The position numbers were made by a program, and so were the translations under genes. The notes under the pieces are model-generated. The model was given only the letters and a program-made list of their open reading frames with translations, did not search any database and had not been told where the DNA came from. Below, piece after piece: positions 22,201-34,200 of a stretch of DNA of 64,000 nt (its first letter is position 1; the number at the start of each line of letters is the position of its first letter). The DNA comes from Felis catus (Eukaryota). Location of the stretch: assembly GCF_018350175.1 (NCBI RefSeq), contig NC_058368.1, positions 82,276,001 to 82,340,000 on the forward strand, in the 5' to 3' direction.

Positions 22201-25200
22201 GGGGTGCATGGCTGCAGTGAGTGGGCTGCAGTTGGATGTCCTTGTGGCAAGGCCCCTTCTGCCCTCCCGCATCCCCAGCTTTACTCTGGCCGGGGCAGCG
22301 TGTGAGGGTGGAGACCTGCCACCTGTCTCCAAGGAGCCAGCTGGGAAGCAACGACCAAGTGGGCCCGAGGTCTTTGACGTTCATTTATTCCGATTATGTC
22401 GGTATGTGCTGGCGATGAAGAATTCAGATAGTAAAAATCCAAAGTCAGTATTTGTACCTGGTGCGGAGGTGAGAAAACTCATCTGGTGCAGAAGCATGTG
22501 GTGAGCTGGGGTCTGGTCACTCCCAGAAGTGGTCACAAGCAACCGTTTTGGGTGCTGCTTCCAGAATTTCATAGAGTACTGGCCGGTCCTGGGATCTGGG
22601 GCGGGAGCTCCCTGGCTGTAGAGGCTGGCTGCACAGTGACGGCAGTTCCTCCTGTGGTCCCGACAGCCTTCAAGGCTGACACCTGGCTGTCAGTGCCGAC
22701 AGAGACCGGCCTCGGGGCCTCCTACCAGCGTTCACGCAAGACCCCCTCACCGCACGCAGGCTGCTTCCTGCTGTCAGCCCTGAAGCTTTGGGACCCTCCT
22801 TAGATGTGCATCACGGGCGATGTTTCTGCTCAGAGTCCCAGCTGGGCAGGGCCCACAGCGGCTTGCATTTCAGTTACCACCCTGGGACCGTGTGGGTCTC
22901 TGCTCACAGCCGTGGGCCTGTCCCTCTATCATAGGGTCTCCTCATTCGGGGAGGAGGGAGATGTAATTGCTGTACTCATTTATGAAACTAGCTATCTGAA
23001 TTCAATTTTGTGCCAGCCACAGCTCCCGTGAACACAGGTCACGGCTGGGGAGGTTGGCCAGGCTGAGAAGACAGTCATTTTCAGCACCAAGAAAGCCTCC
23101 TGAAGAAAATGGCAACTTCAGAGAAGATCCAGAAACTGTAATTGTTTAATACATGCTCATTGTAGGAGAAACTGCCATTGTGTGAAGTCAGGGGAGGACC
23201 TCTGCCATGAACACATGCCCGTGTGCGAGCTGCGTGTGCGCAGCATGGCCCCGTGGGTGTTTCACAGGCAGAGCATGAGCTCCCCGTGGGCCCCAGACCC
23301 TGCAGGTCCGTGAGGAACGGGGAGCCAGCTGGCTGGTCTGTAAGGTCGCGGAGGCGCTTTGCAGGCCACTGTTAGGAGGTGGCTGCAGGTGTGGGAGCAG
23401 TGGGGGACCAGTCCTGGGCTGGGGCGGTGCATTGCCAGCTCCTGGCGGGGGAGCTGGTCCGCCTGTGTGCAAGCTGGTGTGAGTCCGCTTTGTGTTCTGT
23501 GATGGAAGATTCTCTACAGGTGTTCTGGAGAGCCGCAGAAGGCATCCCATGTAGGCTTTGGGGGGATGATACTGAGGCCTGGTTCAATACCGCTAGGAGA
23601 CCAAGAGCTTATCTACAAATACATGTACTGGGTATGGTTTTCAGCCCCAGACCTCAAGGGTGAAATGAGGGCTGGAGACATAAATGTGGTGACGCAGCAC
23701 CGAGCCGTCTCCCTCAGTGTTGGTTGGAGTGCATTGTGGGACCAGGCGCTAACTCCCAGAGCGCCAGCCTGTCCTGTCCTGGCAGTGACTCCCCGGTGGG
23801 CATGGGGAGGGGGGTGTAGCCCACACGGGTCCCTGTGGTGGTGTGCTCACTCTTACACGGGCTCTGCGTGGGCCAGAGTGGGGTGGGGAGCAGAAAGCTG
23901 CAGCTTGATGAGGAGACGCCCTGGGTGTGTTGCTGTGGAACAGGTGTACGAGTGAAGGCGTGCTGTCAAATTCACAAGGGACACGGAAGGGACATCCTTC
24001 TCCTAGAGGCAGTTCTGTGCCTTGGGCTTGTCACGAAGCCGCTAGGAAACGGCCCTGGCTTGTAGTGTGGCTTGTGGGTGATGCTTCCCTCACAGAGCTG
24101 CCTTTCTGGAAAGCTGTGCTCTTGAGAACGTTCTCGTGTGGAGTCAGTGCCAGCTTCCTGTGTGTTGGGCTTTGCAGGGTCTTTTAGGAGGGACAGGGCT
24201 TGGGTCAGCCAGGGAGGTGCTTGGTGAGGGCACACAAGTGGAGTGTGGCCGCATCAGGGGTGATGCCCCCTCAGGCACCCACCGGTGGCCCCCAACCACC
24301 CCCTAGTACCCCCAGGCGTCCCCCCCAGTGCCCCCAGGCCACCCCCCAGACCCCCTTAGGAGCCCCCAGCCACCTCCAGGCCCCACCCAGCCACCCCCCA
24401 GGTGCCCTGTGCCTCAGTGTCCTGTGACCTGGTGTCATGCCCCAGGCAGGTCTTGCCGGGACACCGTGCTCCTTGGGGCCATGCGTGGAGTACCAGCTGT
24501 GCATGTATGCAGCATGTTGGGTTGTGGTAGGTGGTCAGCTATTGAAACAGGTGAATTGGGAGATGAAAATGGCTACAGACCTAAACATGTCATTGTAAAT
24601 TCAAACGAACATTTACTCCCCAATCCTTTGCTGTAGGTGCGAGCCTTTCCTCCGTGAATGGCCCGCTTGCTTGAGTCGCTTGTCCATGATGCCATTTCCT
24701 GGGAGGGGACAAAGGACACAAAGACATCAAGAGATACCGAGTGTGGCCTTTCAGAGAGTTTGCAGGTTTTCCAGGGTTTTAATGATGCATGGCACGGCAT
24801 AAATGGTGCTTAGGGACCACACAGCAGAGTCCTACTGCACTCTGCCCAGATTTCTGGAGCATGGAGAGCCCATCCCACTGCGTGGACGCACCCTAGGTCT
24901 CCGTCCTTCAGCGCCAGGGCTTTCGGGGCTTTCTGGCCACATCTCCACATTGTGTGGGTCCATCATAATGTCCAGGGAGGAGTTCTTGGACGTGCAACTG
25001 CGCGGGCACACGCTTGAGTGTGTGCAGGCGAGTGTGTGCACGGGTGTGGGCGGGCACGGGCATGTGTGGGCATGGGCGAGCGTGTGTGGACACAGGCGGG
25101 TGGGCATAGGCGGGCATGAATGGATGCGGGCAGGCAGATACATGTGCTGTGTCTTTGAGATGTCAGGTAACTTGTCAGAATGATTGTGCCAGTTTATACT

Positions 25201-28200
25201 TTTACCGCATTGTGGGGGGAACTCATTGTAACGACCCCTTTTTGAAATTCAGTTGGATCACAATTTAAAAGCCCACAAAACTTGGTCCATTTGCAGGTAA
25301 AATTTTAAATTGTGTTTTTAGATTGCATTTCTGGATATAGAAGTTGAATCTTTTCCTTTTAGAACATGTTACTTTGTGAGTTGAAAAGCATCTCCTGTGT
25401 TCGCTTTCTGTCCTGGTGTTTATTTCCTGTTGACTTGTATCCGCGTTGTATAAATTAACGATGTTCAGCCTTCGTTGGTGATTTCATGGCAGAATGTTAA
25501 CATTAGGTTTGCTTTTGTCGTTTTAGTAAGCGTTGTGAATATAAAACGATTTCGACATAAACGTACAGGAAATACACCTTGAATTTGCAGTTTGAATTTT
25601 AACGTTAGGTACAGACAGTTCTTAGGTAGTTTAAGCGAGTTTCCTGCATTTGATTGGTGAGTGTGTATATGTTCATCCTCATTCAGTGAGATCACCAGGA
25701 CTCTCTGAGGCCCAAGTTGAGGCTAGTGGTCAGTACTCTTGTAACTTCCTGGGCACATGACTGTGCAGCGTAAGTATAGCCCACTAGATCTTTTCAGCCT
25801 TACACAATGTCTTCCTTCCTCTGCTGGGAAGTGTTAATAACTGGGATTACCTTGAAGGGGTCTTATGTTTCTCTTGTTTTACTTGCTTTTCAGAAAAGTG
25901 AGGATTTGAGTGAAAAATATCTTATTCTACCTGTATTGACAGGACCTCAATCCTGGTCTGCAAATTTGCTCCAAGGCTGAGTGTGGGCCTCAGTCATGAA
26001 GTCATACATGGCCATGGCTTTGATCTGGTGCACTTCGAAATTAAGCCAACTCGTCTAGAAGGTGTTTATTGTTCCTTCATCAGTATCAGTTCTGAAACAT
26101 GTTCTTTTTTTAAAATTCAGGTGCCGTGTTAGGAATGATGTGCAGCTTATAAAAGACAGATATTTGCCTTAATGTCATCTGAGAAAGTAGTCCATGAGTT
26201 AGGATAGCTATGGGTTATGAGGTGTCTCATCCTTATTTCAGGGTGCCCTTGGTGTGCCCTCCCCCAGCACAAGCACAGCTCCAGCAGAAGGGAAGTCACA
26301 GAATTAAACAATGTCATGGGGTTTTGCAACCGCAGAGAGCTTTGAAAGCCTGGCCTGTAGACCTAGGTGCCAGCAGAGCACCTCCCAGCCGGAAGTGGAG
26401 GCTCCTGGGGTGCCTCCCTCCTGTGGATGTGCCCCCTCTTCCCTTGACACATTGGACAGTGGCCCTCATGGAGCTGCATGACCACGTCTCACTCTGGGGG
26501 CAGGAGGGTTGAGCATTTGGTGAGTGTGCAGGTCAGTTTCTTGGATCCTGGACACTCTGACCTCTCGTGCATCCTGGGTCACTGTGTATGGCTCGCGTGT
26601 GGACGGTGGTCCGAGAAACGGTGCTCACTCTGTTTTTGAGCTCTCCTTCCCCTGGGAAGGAAAAGGCTGGTGGTAGGGGATGGGGCTGTCCTGTCTGTCC
26701 ATCCCTGCGGCTGCAGCCCACCTGGGCCCTTGGAGGTTGTGAAGGACAGTGGTACTTGTTCGAGCTCCTGGCCTCTGTGACTTGGTTTTTGTTAAAAGGA
26801 AAGTTGGGTTCTTTCTGAAAGGGAGAAAGTAATAATTTTTCCAGAAGAGAAGTCAGATCGGTGTGTTGTTAATTTTTAAATTAGCCAATAAAATAAGGCT
26901 ACTCTATGAACAGAAAACGTCTCCACCTCTGGCTGTGTTAGTCCTCTGCTTTCCATGGGATGGCAGGTGTGTCCGAGTGCACGTGAAGCCACGGGACCAT
27001 GGGTATTTCCTGGAACTGGTTTCCGTGTCGGGACAGACACAGCAGCGATTCCGAGTGGATCCGCGCTGTGTGCTCTGAGCCCAGCTCTCCCTCGTGCTTG
27101 TGGGGCAGCCTCAGGCAGAGTCTTCTCTGGGGGTTGGGGACTCATCTGCGGAACGAAGGTGACAAGCGTACCGTCCTCTCAGGGCAGTGAAGGTGGAAGT
27201 GCCAGCCACATCGTACGTGTGGTCCAGCCTGGCAGCACCGGGTGGGTCCTGAGAACAGGCCTGTGGCTCTGAAGGACTTGGGAGCTCACCGAGGGCCTGG
27301 GTCTCTCCTCCGTTCGCACACACACTTCTGTTCTAACCAGAGCTCCGGGGAGAACCCCACTCCTAGTGTGGCTGAGGGGACCGGCTCCTCCTTAGGGCCT
27401 GAGCTTGGGAATGAGTTGGGGTGCAGGGGGTCGGCAGGCTCCCAGAGACGGGGTGTCTGGGGGTGCTCCTTTACTGTTGAGCGCCCAGGGTCCCTTGGTG
27501 TGTTTTAGCTCCTGACCTTGGTCCCCGTCTCTCTGCTGACGGCTCCCTGCCTCCTCCAGCTTGCCCCGACCACGGTTTGGACAAGTGGAGTGGGAGGTGG
27601 GCAGCAGGAATTGGTCCTGGGTGGATGAGTCCCCGACTCTGGGGGCTCCCCCTTCACGGGGCTGAGGCTGGGACACGGCCGTCCGGAGGGTGGGTGTGGG
27701 GGAGTTAAATAGCAGGGACTTTGGTTAAGGAGAAAAGCTCTTGGTGTGGCCATCTGGTTGGGTCAGACTTTGCTATTATACATAAGGCAGAATCCTGTTC
27801 TCCTGGGCAATAACTTACTGATAAATCACATCCCAGCCTGCTATTAGTGTCCCCGTCAGGCCCAGAACGGTCTCCCGCCACCACTCAGCAGGTGTGAAAA
27901 TGCAGTACGCACCACCCAGAGCTACCTCAGCGTAGACCTGCTGTAGAAACACCAGAAAGCAGGTGGAGGCAAATATTTAAAAATTGTGTTGGAGTCATGT
28001 TACATTGTCTTCCAGGCAATCTCGCATTTGTTTGTGTGTGCCCAAGAATAAATTTGACGTTTCTCTGGCAAAAAGGCAGAGGGTGAAGTGTAGAGTGCAG
28101 ATACGGAAGAAAGCCGATGTTGTGGTTCCCGCTGCGTCTGTCTAAGAAGGGCTGTGACCGCGGGGAGCGAAGGAGATGATTCAGGGAGAAACCCAGCAGT

Positions 28201-31200
28201 GGGCTGGGTGGTAGTGCCACGATTCTGCACTCAGTTGACATTCTGGTTTGGAGCGGTGGTGGGGTCAGGCAGAGGTGGGTGGGACGCTGATTTCTGCCAG
28301 CATCTCTGGTGGCGCTCACGGGAGCCAGAGAGTGCGGGCATTTCTGCACTGGGAGAGACATCCTCGAGTGCAGGTAACGAGAGCGCGGGAGAGGCCCACC
28401 TGGGAGGGGGCGGGGCAGCAAGGACAGCTGTAACTTGTGTATCACTTGTGGGGTCGTGGCCCCTGACAGAGAAAGCCAAGTTCTCACCTTAATTTCAGAT
28501 CCTGGTGGCAATACTGCTCCATCTGCCATACCCCCTTGCCCCCCTCCACCCTAGCTGTTGGGAGTTGCAAATTTGACTCCTGCCTCCTGCATCACCCCTC
28601 ACTGGTGGACTCTCTCCTGAGGATGTGCGTCTCCCGTGGCTGCTCCCTGGAGTGTGCACTCTTGGTGTGAGTGTGCGTTTCCTCCGCAGATGTGCTCTCT
28701 GTTCTCCAGCTGCCACTGCCCTGCCTGTGGCTCAGGGCCAGCGCTCTGTGACCTTGTGTCCTGTTCTGTCCAGTCTGTGGATGTGGACCTCTTCTCCATT
28801 CGCTCCTGCTGCCGTCTTGGTTTCTTTTCTGTGGTTGCCCCTCGGGGTCCTGACCTCAGACGTGTGGCCTAGCCTGTGTCCTTACCTATCCCTTGTCATG
28901 TCTAGATCTCATTGTCCTGCGGTTTTGTGTCCTTTGTTTAGAAAATGACAGTAGCCTTATGCATATCCACTTACAGAACACAGTCTTTCATTAAGAATTC
29001 AAATGTCAGGGGTGTGTGGCTGGCTCAGTAACTTGATTGTCTGACTCCTGATTTTGGCTCAGGTCACGATCTCACAGATCATGAGTTTGAGCCTCACATC
29101 GGGCTCTGCACTGACAGTGTGGAGCCTGCTTGGGATTCTGTCTGTCTGTCTCTCTCTCTGCTCTTCCCTTGCTCTCTCTCAAAAAATAAATAAATTAAAA
29201 AAAAAATTCAAATGTTAGAAAGCTGACAGTTGTTGAAAATCATAGTCCAGGTGATTCTACTACGAATCTGCTGGTGATTTTGGAGTTGACTCTCTAGGTA
29301 CCTGTGTTTGAACGTGCACATCTGTCACACAGCTTTACGTGAAAGGACTCCCACACTGTTCTCCGCTCTTTTACTCCACAACTTGGCCCTAAACACACTG
29401 GTAACTGTAAACATAGATCATTACAAAGACACTGTTTTTTTTTGAGAGAGGAAGGAGGGAGAGGGAGGGAGAGGGAGGGAGGGAGAGGGAGGATGCACTT
29501 GCCGCACGAGTTGGGGAGGAGCAGAGGGGAGAGAGAATCTTAAGCAGACTCCACGCTCGGCGTGGAGGCCCAATCCCACGACCCTGGGATCACGACCTGA
29601 GTCGAAATCAAGAGTTGGATGCTTAATGGACTGAGCGCCCAGGTGTCCCTCTGAAGACACTTTGGTGGGACATTTGAGACGAATGCAAGTGCAGGCAGAG
29701 AGGATGTGGTGGTGACGCCTTGCACCCTGTCACTATCCTGAGTGACAGCTGGCTGGCTGGCTGTGCACACTTGTCCGCCCGCTGGGTGGTTGTGAAGCTG
29801 GTTACAAACATGTTGTCCTGTCATTCATTATTCTAGTGTTATCTCTGAAAGATGAGAACTCTCTAAAATGCCCCAAATAGCGAATAATCGTTTGTTAGTA
29901 TCGTCAGAGAGCTAGCAGCTGGAATTCCGAAGGTTTGTGTCAGTGTAGAGCTGGTGGGTTGGATGTGCCCTTGTTTATGTAGGCCTGCTGATGGGCTTTT
30001 AGGTTGTTTCCGGAACCTGCCTTCACAGCAGAACTGCTACCACTATGCTGGCTGGTGGGCCCTCACAGCGGTGCCACGGTGTGGGTGATGTTGTGGCTCG
30101 GCAGCACCCTCCCTGCTGGGAGCGCTGGTGCCCTGGTGTCGGCCCGTGGGTCAGGTGGAGGCAGAGGCGCCATCCGAAGCCCTGTTCTTCCACTGCCCGA
30201 CCTAGCACTCCTTCTTAGATCGTTTCTACCTGGTTCTCTTGTCCGCGCGGCTACTTGGAACTGGTTTTTATGTGACGAACCGTAGCTCTACCTGAGACAC
30301 GTTTGTGTAACATGCCACCTCCGATGGCTTTGTGGTGTCACCGTGGTGCCCTCTCTGTGGCGGGTGGGTAAGGCGGGAAAGTGCCCCACTCGGTGTCATC
30401 ACGGGCTGCCCAGAACAGTGGCCTGGGACCGTGGTTTTGTTACCCACGGCTTCCGTGGCTTGCGAGTTTGGCTGCAGCTGTGCTGGCTCGCAGCCCAGGA
30501 CCTGAGAGTGTCACACGCCAACACGTACCCCCAGGTCCCTGTGGCAGGACCATGTCCACTCACTCACCTGGTCCTTGGTGGGCTTTGTTCACTTCTGGGC
30601 TGTTGGCCGGAGATTGCCCCCAGCTCTGGCCTCGTGGGCCCTCTGCCAGGTAGCTTCCATTGCCAGAGCGCGGGAGGGAGGGGCTGGAGCGAGGTCCATG
30701 CACACACAGGGAGAGAGACGAGCCAGCCGGACCCCAGCCTCCGGCTCCTGAGACCAGATGTGGCCTGTGCAGATCCGGTCACCAGGGCAGGCCATGCTCA
30801 GGGGGAGGGAATTGGGTGGGGCCGTGAAGTGCCCCCTCACCTACCGTGCTGGGCGTGCCCACAGGCTATGTCCTTGGGGCCCCTGGGGCCTGGCGTCCGT
30901 TTGCTCTGGAGTCAAGGGAGGGTCTCTGCAGGAGCCACAGGATGGGGTGAGGGGCCAGGCCTTCAAAGTATGTCTGGACTCCGCTCCTACCTTAGATCAC
31001 CCTTGCAGCTCACGGTATTGATGAGCGCTCTGTTACACGGTATGCTTGCAGAGCTGATGTCTTCTGGTGGGTGCCGGTGCACTCTCCCCCTCGGCGAGGC
31101 CCTGTGTGCTTCCGTGGTGGGTGGTCGGGGTTGCCTCCCAGGTAGGTGCTGTTTGTATGGCTGCTCTGCAAGGGCTCCGCCTCGAGTGGTTATACCGGGT

Positions 31201-34200
31201 CCCTGTGGGCACGGAAGAGCTGGGCCTCACCGTTCTTCCCATCCCTTCGTCTCGCCTGTTCGAGGCAGGTGCCAGCCAGCAGCCACGATACACTTGGTGC
31301 CCCCGCAGGCCCAGATGTGCTGCTGCGGTCAGGACGCCGGCTCCCGGTGCGTGTGGGGACTCAGAAGGGGCCGCTGTGATGGGAAAGGTCAGGAGGGTTG
31401 CCGAGGCGCGAACAAAGGTTCCTTTGGACTCCCCCCAGGTGCCTGGCTGATCACACATGCTGCTGTTTTGTGTAACTGTCGTTAGGGAGCCGGGCCTGTG
31501 GTTGCTTTCCTGGGTCTCCGGGTCCTTCCTCTGCTGCCTGAGGCCCCTGCCCTTTGCCCTTTCCCCGGCCTTGTCTTGCTGATTTTTGTGTCTGTCTGAA
31601 TCGGCGGAATTGCTGGCCCACTGCCTCTCCGAGTAGGTACAGTTTCATTGGAGCACAGGCTTGCCCTTTGTTTGGTACTGACTGTGGCTGCTTTGGTGCC
31701 ACTGGGCACTCTTCAGCTGTCCCCGGGCCGGGAGCTGCTTCGGTCTGGACGTGGCTCTGGTTTTCTTTCCAGGCACGTGTCCTGCCCTCACTGGCGTTTC
31801 TGTTCTAGTGGGCCCATGGGGGCGGCAAGGTAGGACTTGTATAGAAAGCAGGCAGCCACCAGAGTGGTGGTGGTCTCCCAGCGGCTGGCCCACCCTCCCC
31901 CCTGCCCTGAGTGGCCGGGGCAGTGCCTCTGATGGGCCCCTCAAAGGTTGTGGGCGGGCCCTCGGCCCTGGGTGTCTGTCCTGCCGAGGGGTCCGCCCTG
32001 TATCCTGCGGTGATCAGAGGGGTCTTGGGGAGGGTGTTCTAGAGAGAGAAGGAGGGGGATCAGGGTGTCAGGGTGTGCAGCAGGAGTGGGGGGTCCCGGC
32101 CACGCCCTCCGCGGCTTGTGAGGGACGCAGGGCAGAGATGGGTGGCATGTGTGAAGCTGGAATGTGGTCATTACTACTTTGGTTTGGTAAGTAAAGAACC
32201 TAGTTGGTGTTTCAGTGTCCACGTCTAATTGGCTCAGCTTCCTGTGTAGCAGCTGAGTTTTACTGCTTTGAGTGGATCCAACGTTGGAAAATACACAGTA
32301 ACTGGGTTTACTTACCTTAAGTACAAACCCAAAAAGCTGAGTAACGAGTGTTGTAAGAAAAACTCAGGTTAGTTGTGACAAATGAGTGCCTTCGCTGTTG
32401 GTTTACATGTTCATTCGTTCAGCGTCTTGGTGTTTCTTCCTGGAGGGAGGTTTGCATCTTAAGTATAAAGAGCGTGCAAGGGAAGGAGTTCTGTGCACTT
32501 AACTTAAAACTACGTGCAGTACAGGAATACTGTTTACAGCATCCCAGCAGCCTGGTTCCGGTGCTGGTCCCGGTGTCCCTGCGGGCTTTGCCCCAGGCAC
32601 AAGACGGAAGGGGCGTGGGTGGTGTGGTAATGTTTTCCTGGGTCCCAGTTTGTGGTTGTAAACTAAGGTCTTGTGGTGTTGACTGTAAAGCCCCTGAGGA
32701 CGGGATGGTGTTAGAAAATCGCAAGGAGGCTGTAACGAACACGTTAGTGTTTCCCTGTGCTCCCGGCGGTTCTGTGCTGTGTGGCCTCAGACTTTCCTCC
32801 CTAAAGAACTGCAGGAGCCAGGAGCAGGGTGCCCCGGGGGTCCCTGGGCTCCAAGGGAAGTTGGTGAGCACCTCGGCGTGGTCCATGTGCTCAGGCCTGC
32901 TGCGTGTGCCCAGCCTCGGGGCCTGTCCCTCTTCACAGGGCCACAGGCTCTTGGGGCCACGGGCTCTTGAGCCCACGCAGACAAGAAGCAAGTGTAAGAT
33001 TACAAAGTGGGAAAGAGCAAACTCCATCACAGGGGACCATTTCCAGGGTCCACTGCAAATTTAACACAAATGTCAGTGTTGACGGACTCCGTCCCGTGTG
33101 ATCTGAGCTCGCTTTAAGCTCGTACTCAGACGGGGGTCTCACTTCATGCACAGAGTGGACCGTGTGCCTGGTCTGCACCTGTCAGGCTCATATACCAGCA
33201 CCGGTGGGCGGCTCTGTGGAGGTGTTGCTGAGTCACGAGGGCTACCTTGCAGCTGGCCTAGGGTTTCCTGCCTTGAGCCCTGGCAGTCCTGTGCCCCAGG
33301 GGCTTCCCAGAACCCCGTGGTCCCAGGCAGACGGAGATGGTGGGTCACCGGCTGCAGGTGTTTAAAGGTTTGCCCTTTGTGAGGCTGCGAGTGAGGTGGG
33401 CTGGCACTCCTCTCCTCATGCGGCTTGTGGGGACTTGCCTGGGGTCCCACAAGGGCCTAGGGCTGGCATCTGGGAGGGGAGGGAGCAGAGCTTCGAGTGG
33501 GCGTGGCCGCGGGTGGATGCTGGTGGGCCAGGTGTTGTAGCGCTGGCCACAAGGCAGGGCAGCACCTGGGGCAGTAATCCCCTGCTGTGCTGCTTGTCAC
33601 TGTCATCCAGAGACGTCTCTTTAGGGTGTTCAGTGTCCCTTGGGGTTCACACCCACGAAGGGTGGTGTTTTAGAAAAGCTCCATTGTGGGAGGGCTGAGG
33701 CTGGGACCCCGGGGGTGGATGGGGTTATGGGTGACAGCGCCAGTGACCTTCCTATATGCCCCTGAATAAGTTTGTGTGGTTCAGACAGACCTGCTTCTCT
33801 CCTGAACTCCATGCTGTCCACGTGCTTCTGCCCAGTGCCGCCCAGTGCCATGCTGGCCCCTGCGCCTCAGACGAGGTGGACACACGCAGCTGGACCAGAC
33901 AAGTGTGTCTCTCTGAGTTGGTCATCAGGCTCTGAAACGAGTTCCATCACGTTTACAGAGAGCACGGTTGGGGGGACGAGCTGGGTGTGGCCTGGACTCA
34001 GGCTTGATTTGGGGGCTGTGTCTGCACAGTAGGGCAGGATAAACCAGCTCTGGAACCGGTTTAGGTCAGTTGTATGTGGAAGCTGGTTGACCTCGAGAGT
34101 CTGTCCTGCTCTGGTATCGCTGGCTGCCAGGCCTCTGCTGGCCGGGTGGCCGCTTTTCCGCAGCTGCCTTGCCTGCGTGCCCCCAGAGCTCTAGCTCCTT

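Noticed and set aside
30343..31485. 380-aa plus-strand ORF in intron 2
   Set aside because: GTG start, overlaps an LTR-like remnant, lies in GC-rich intron sequence, and has no motif.
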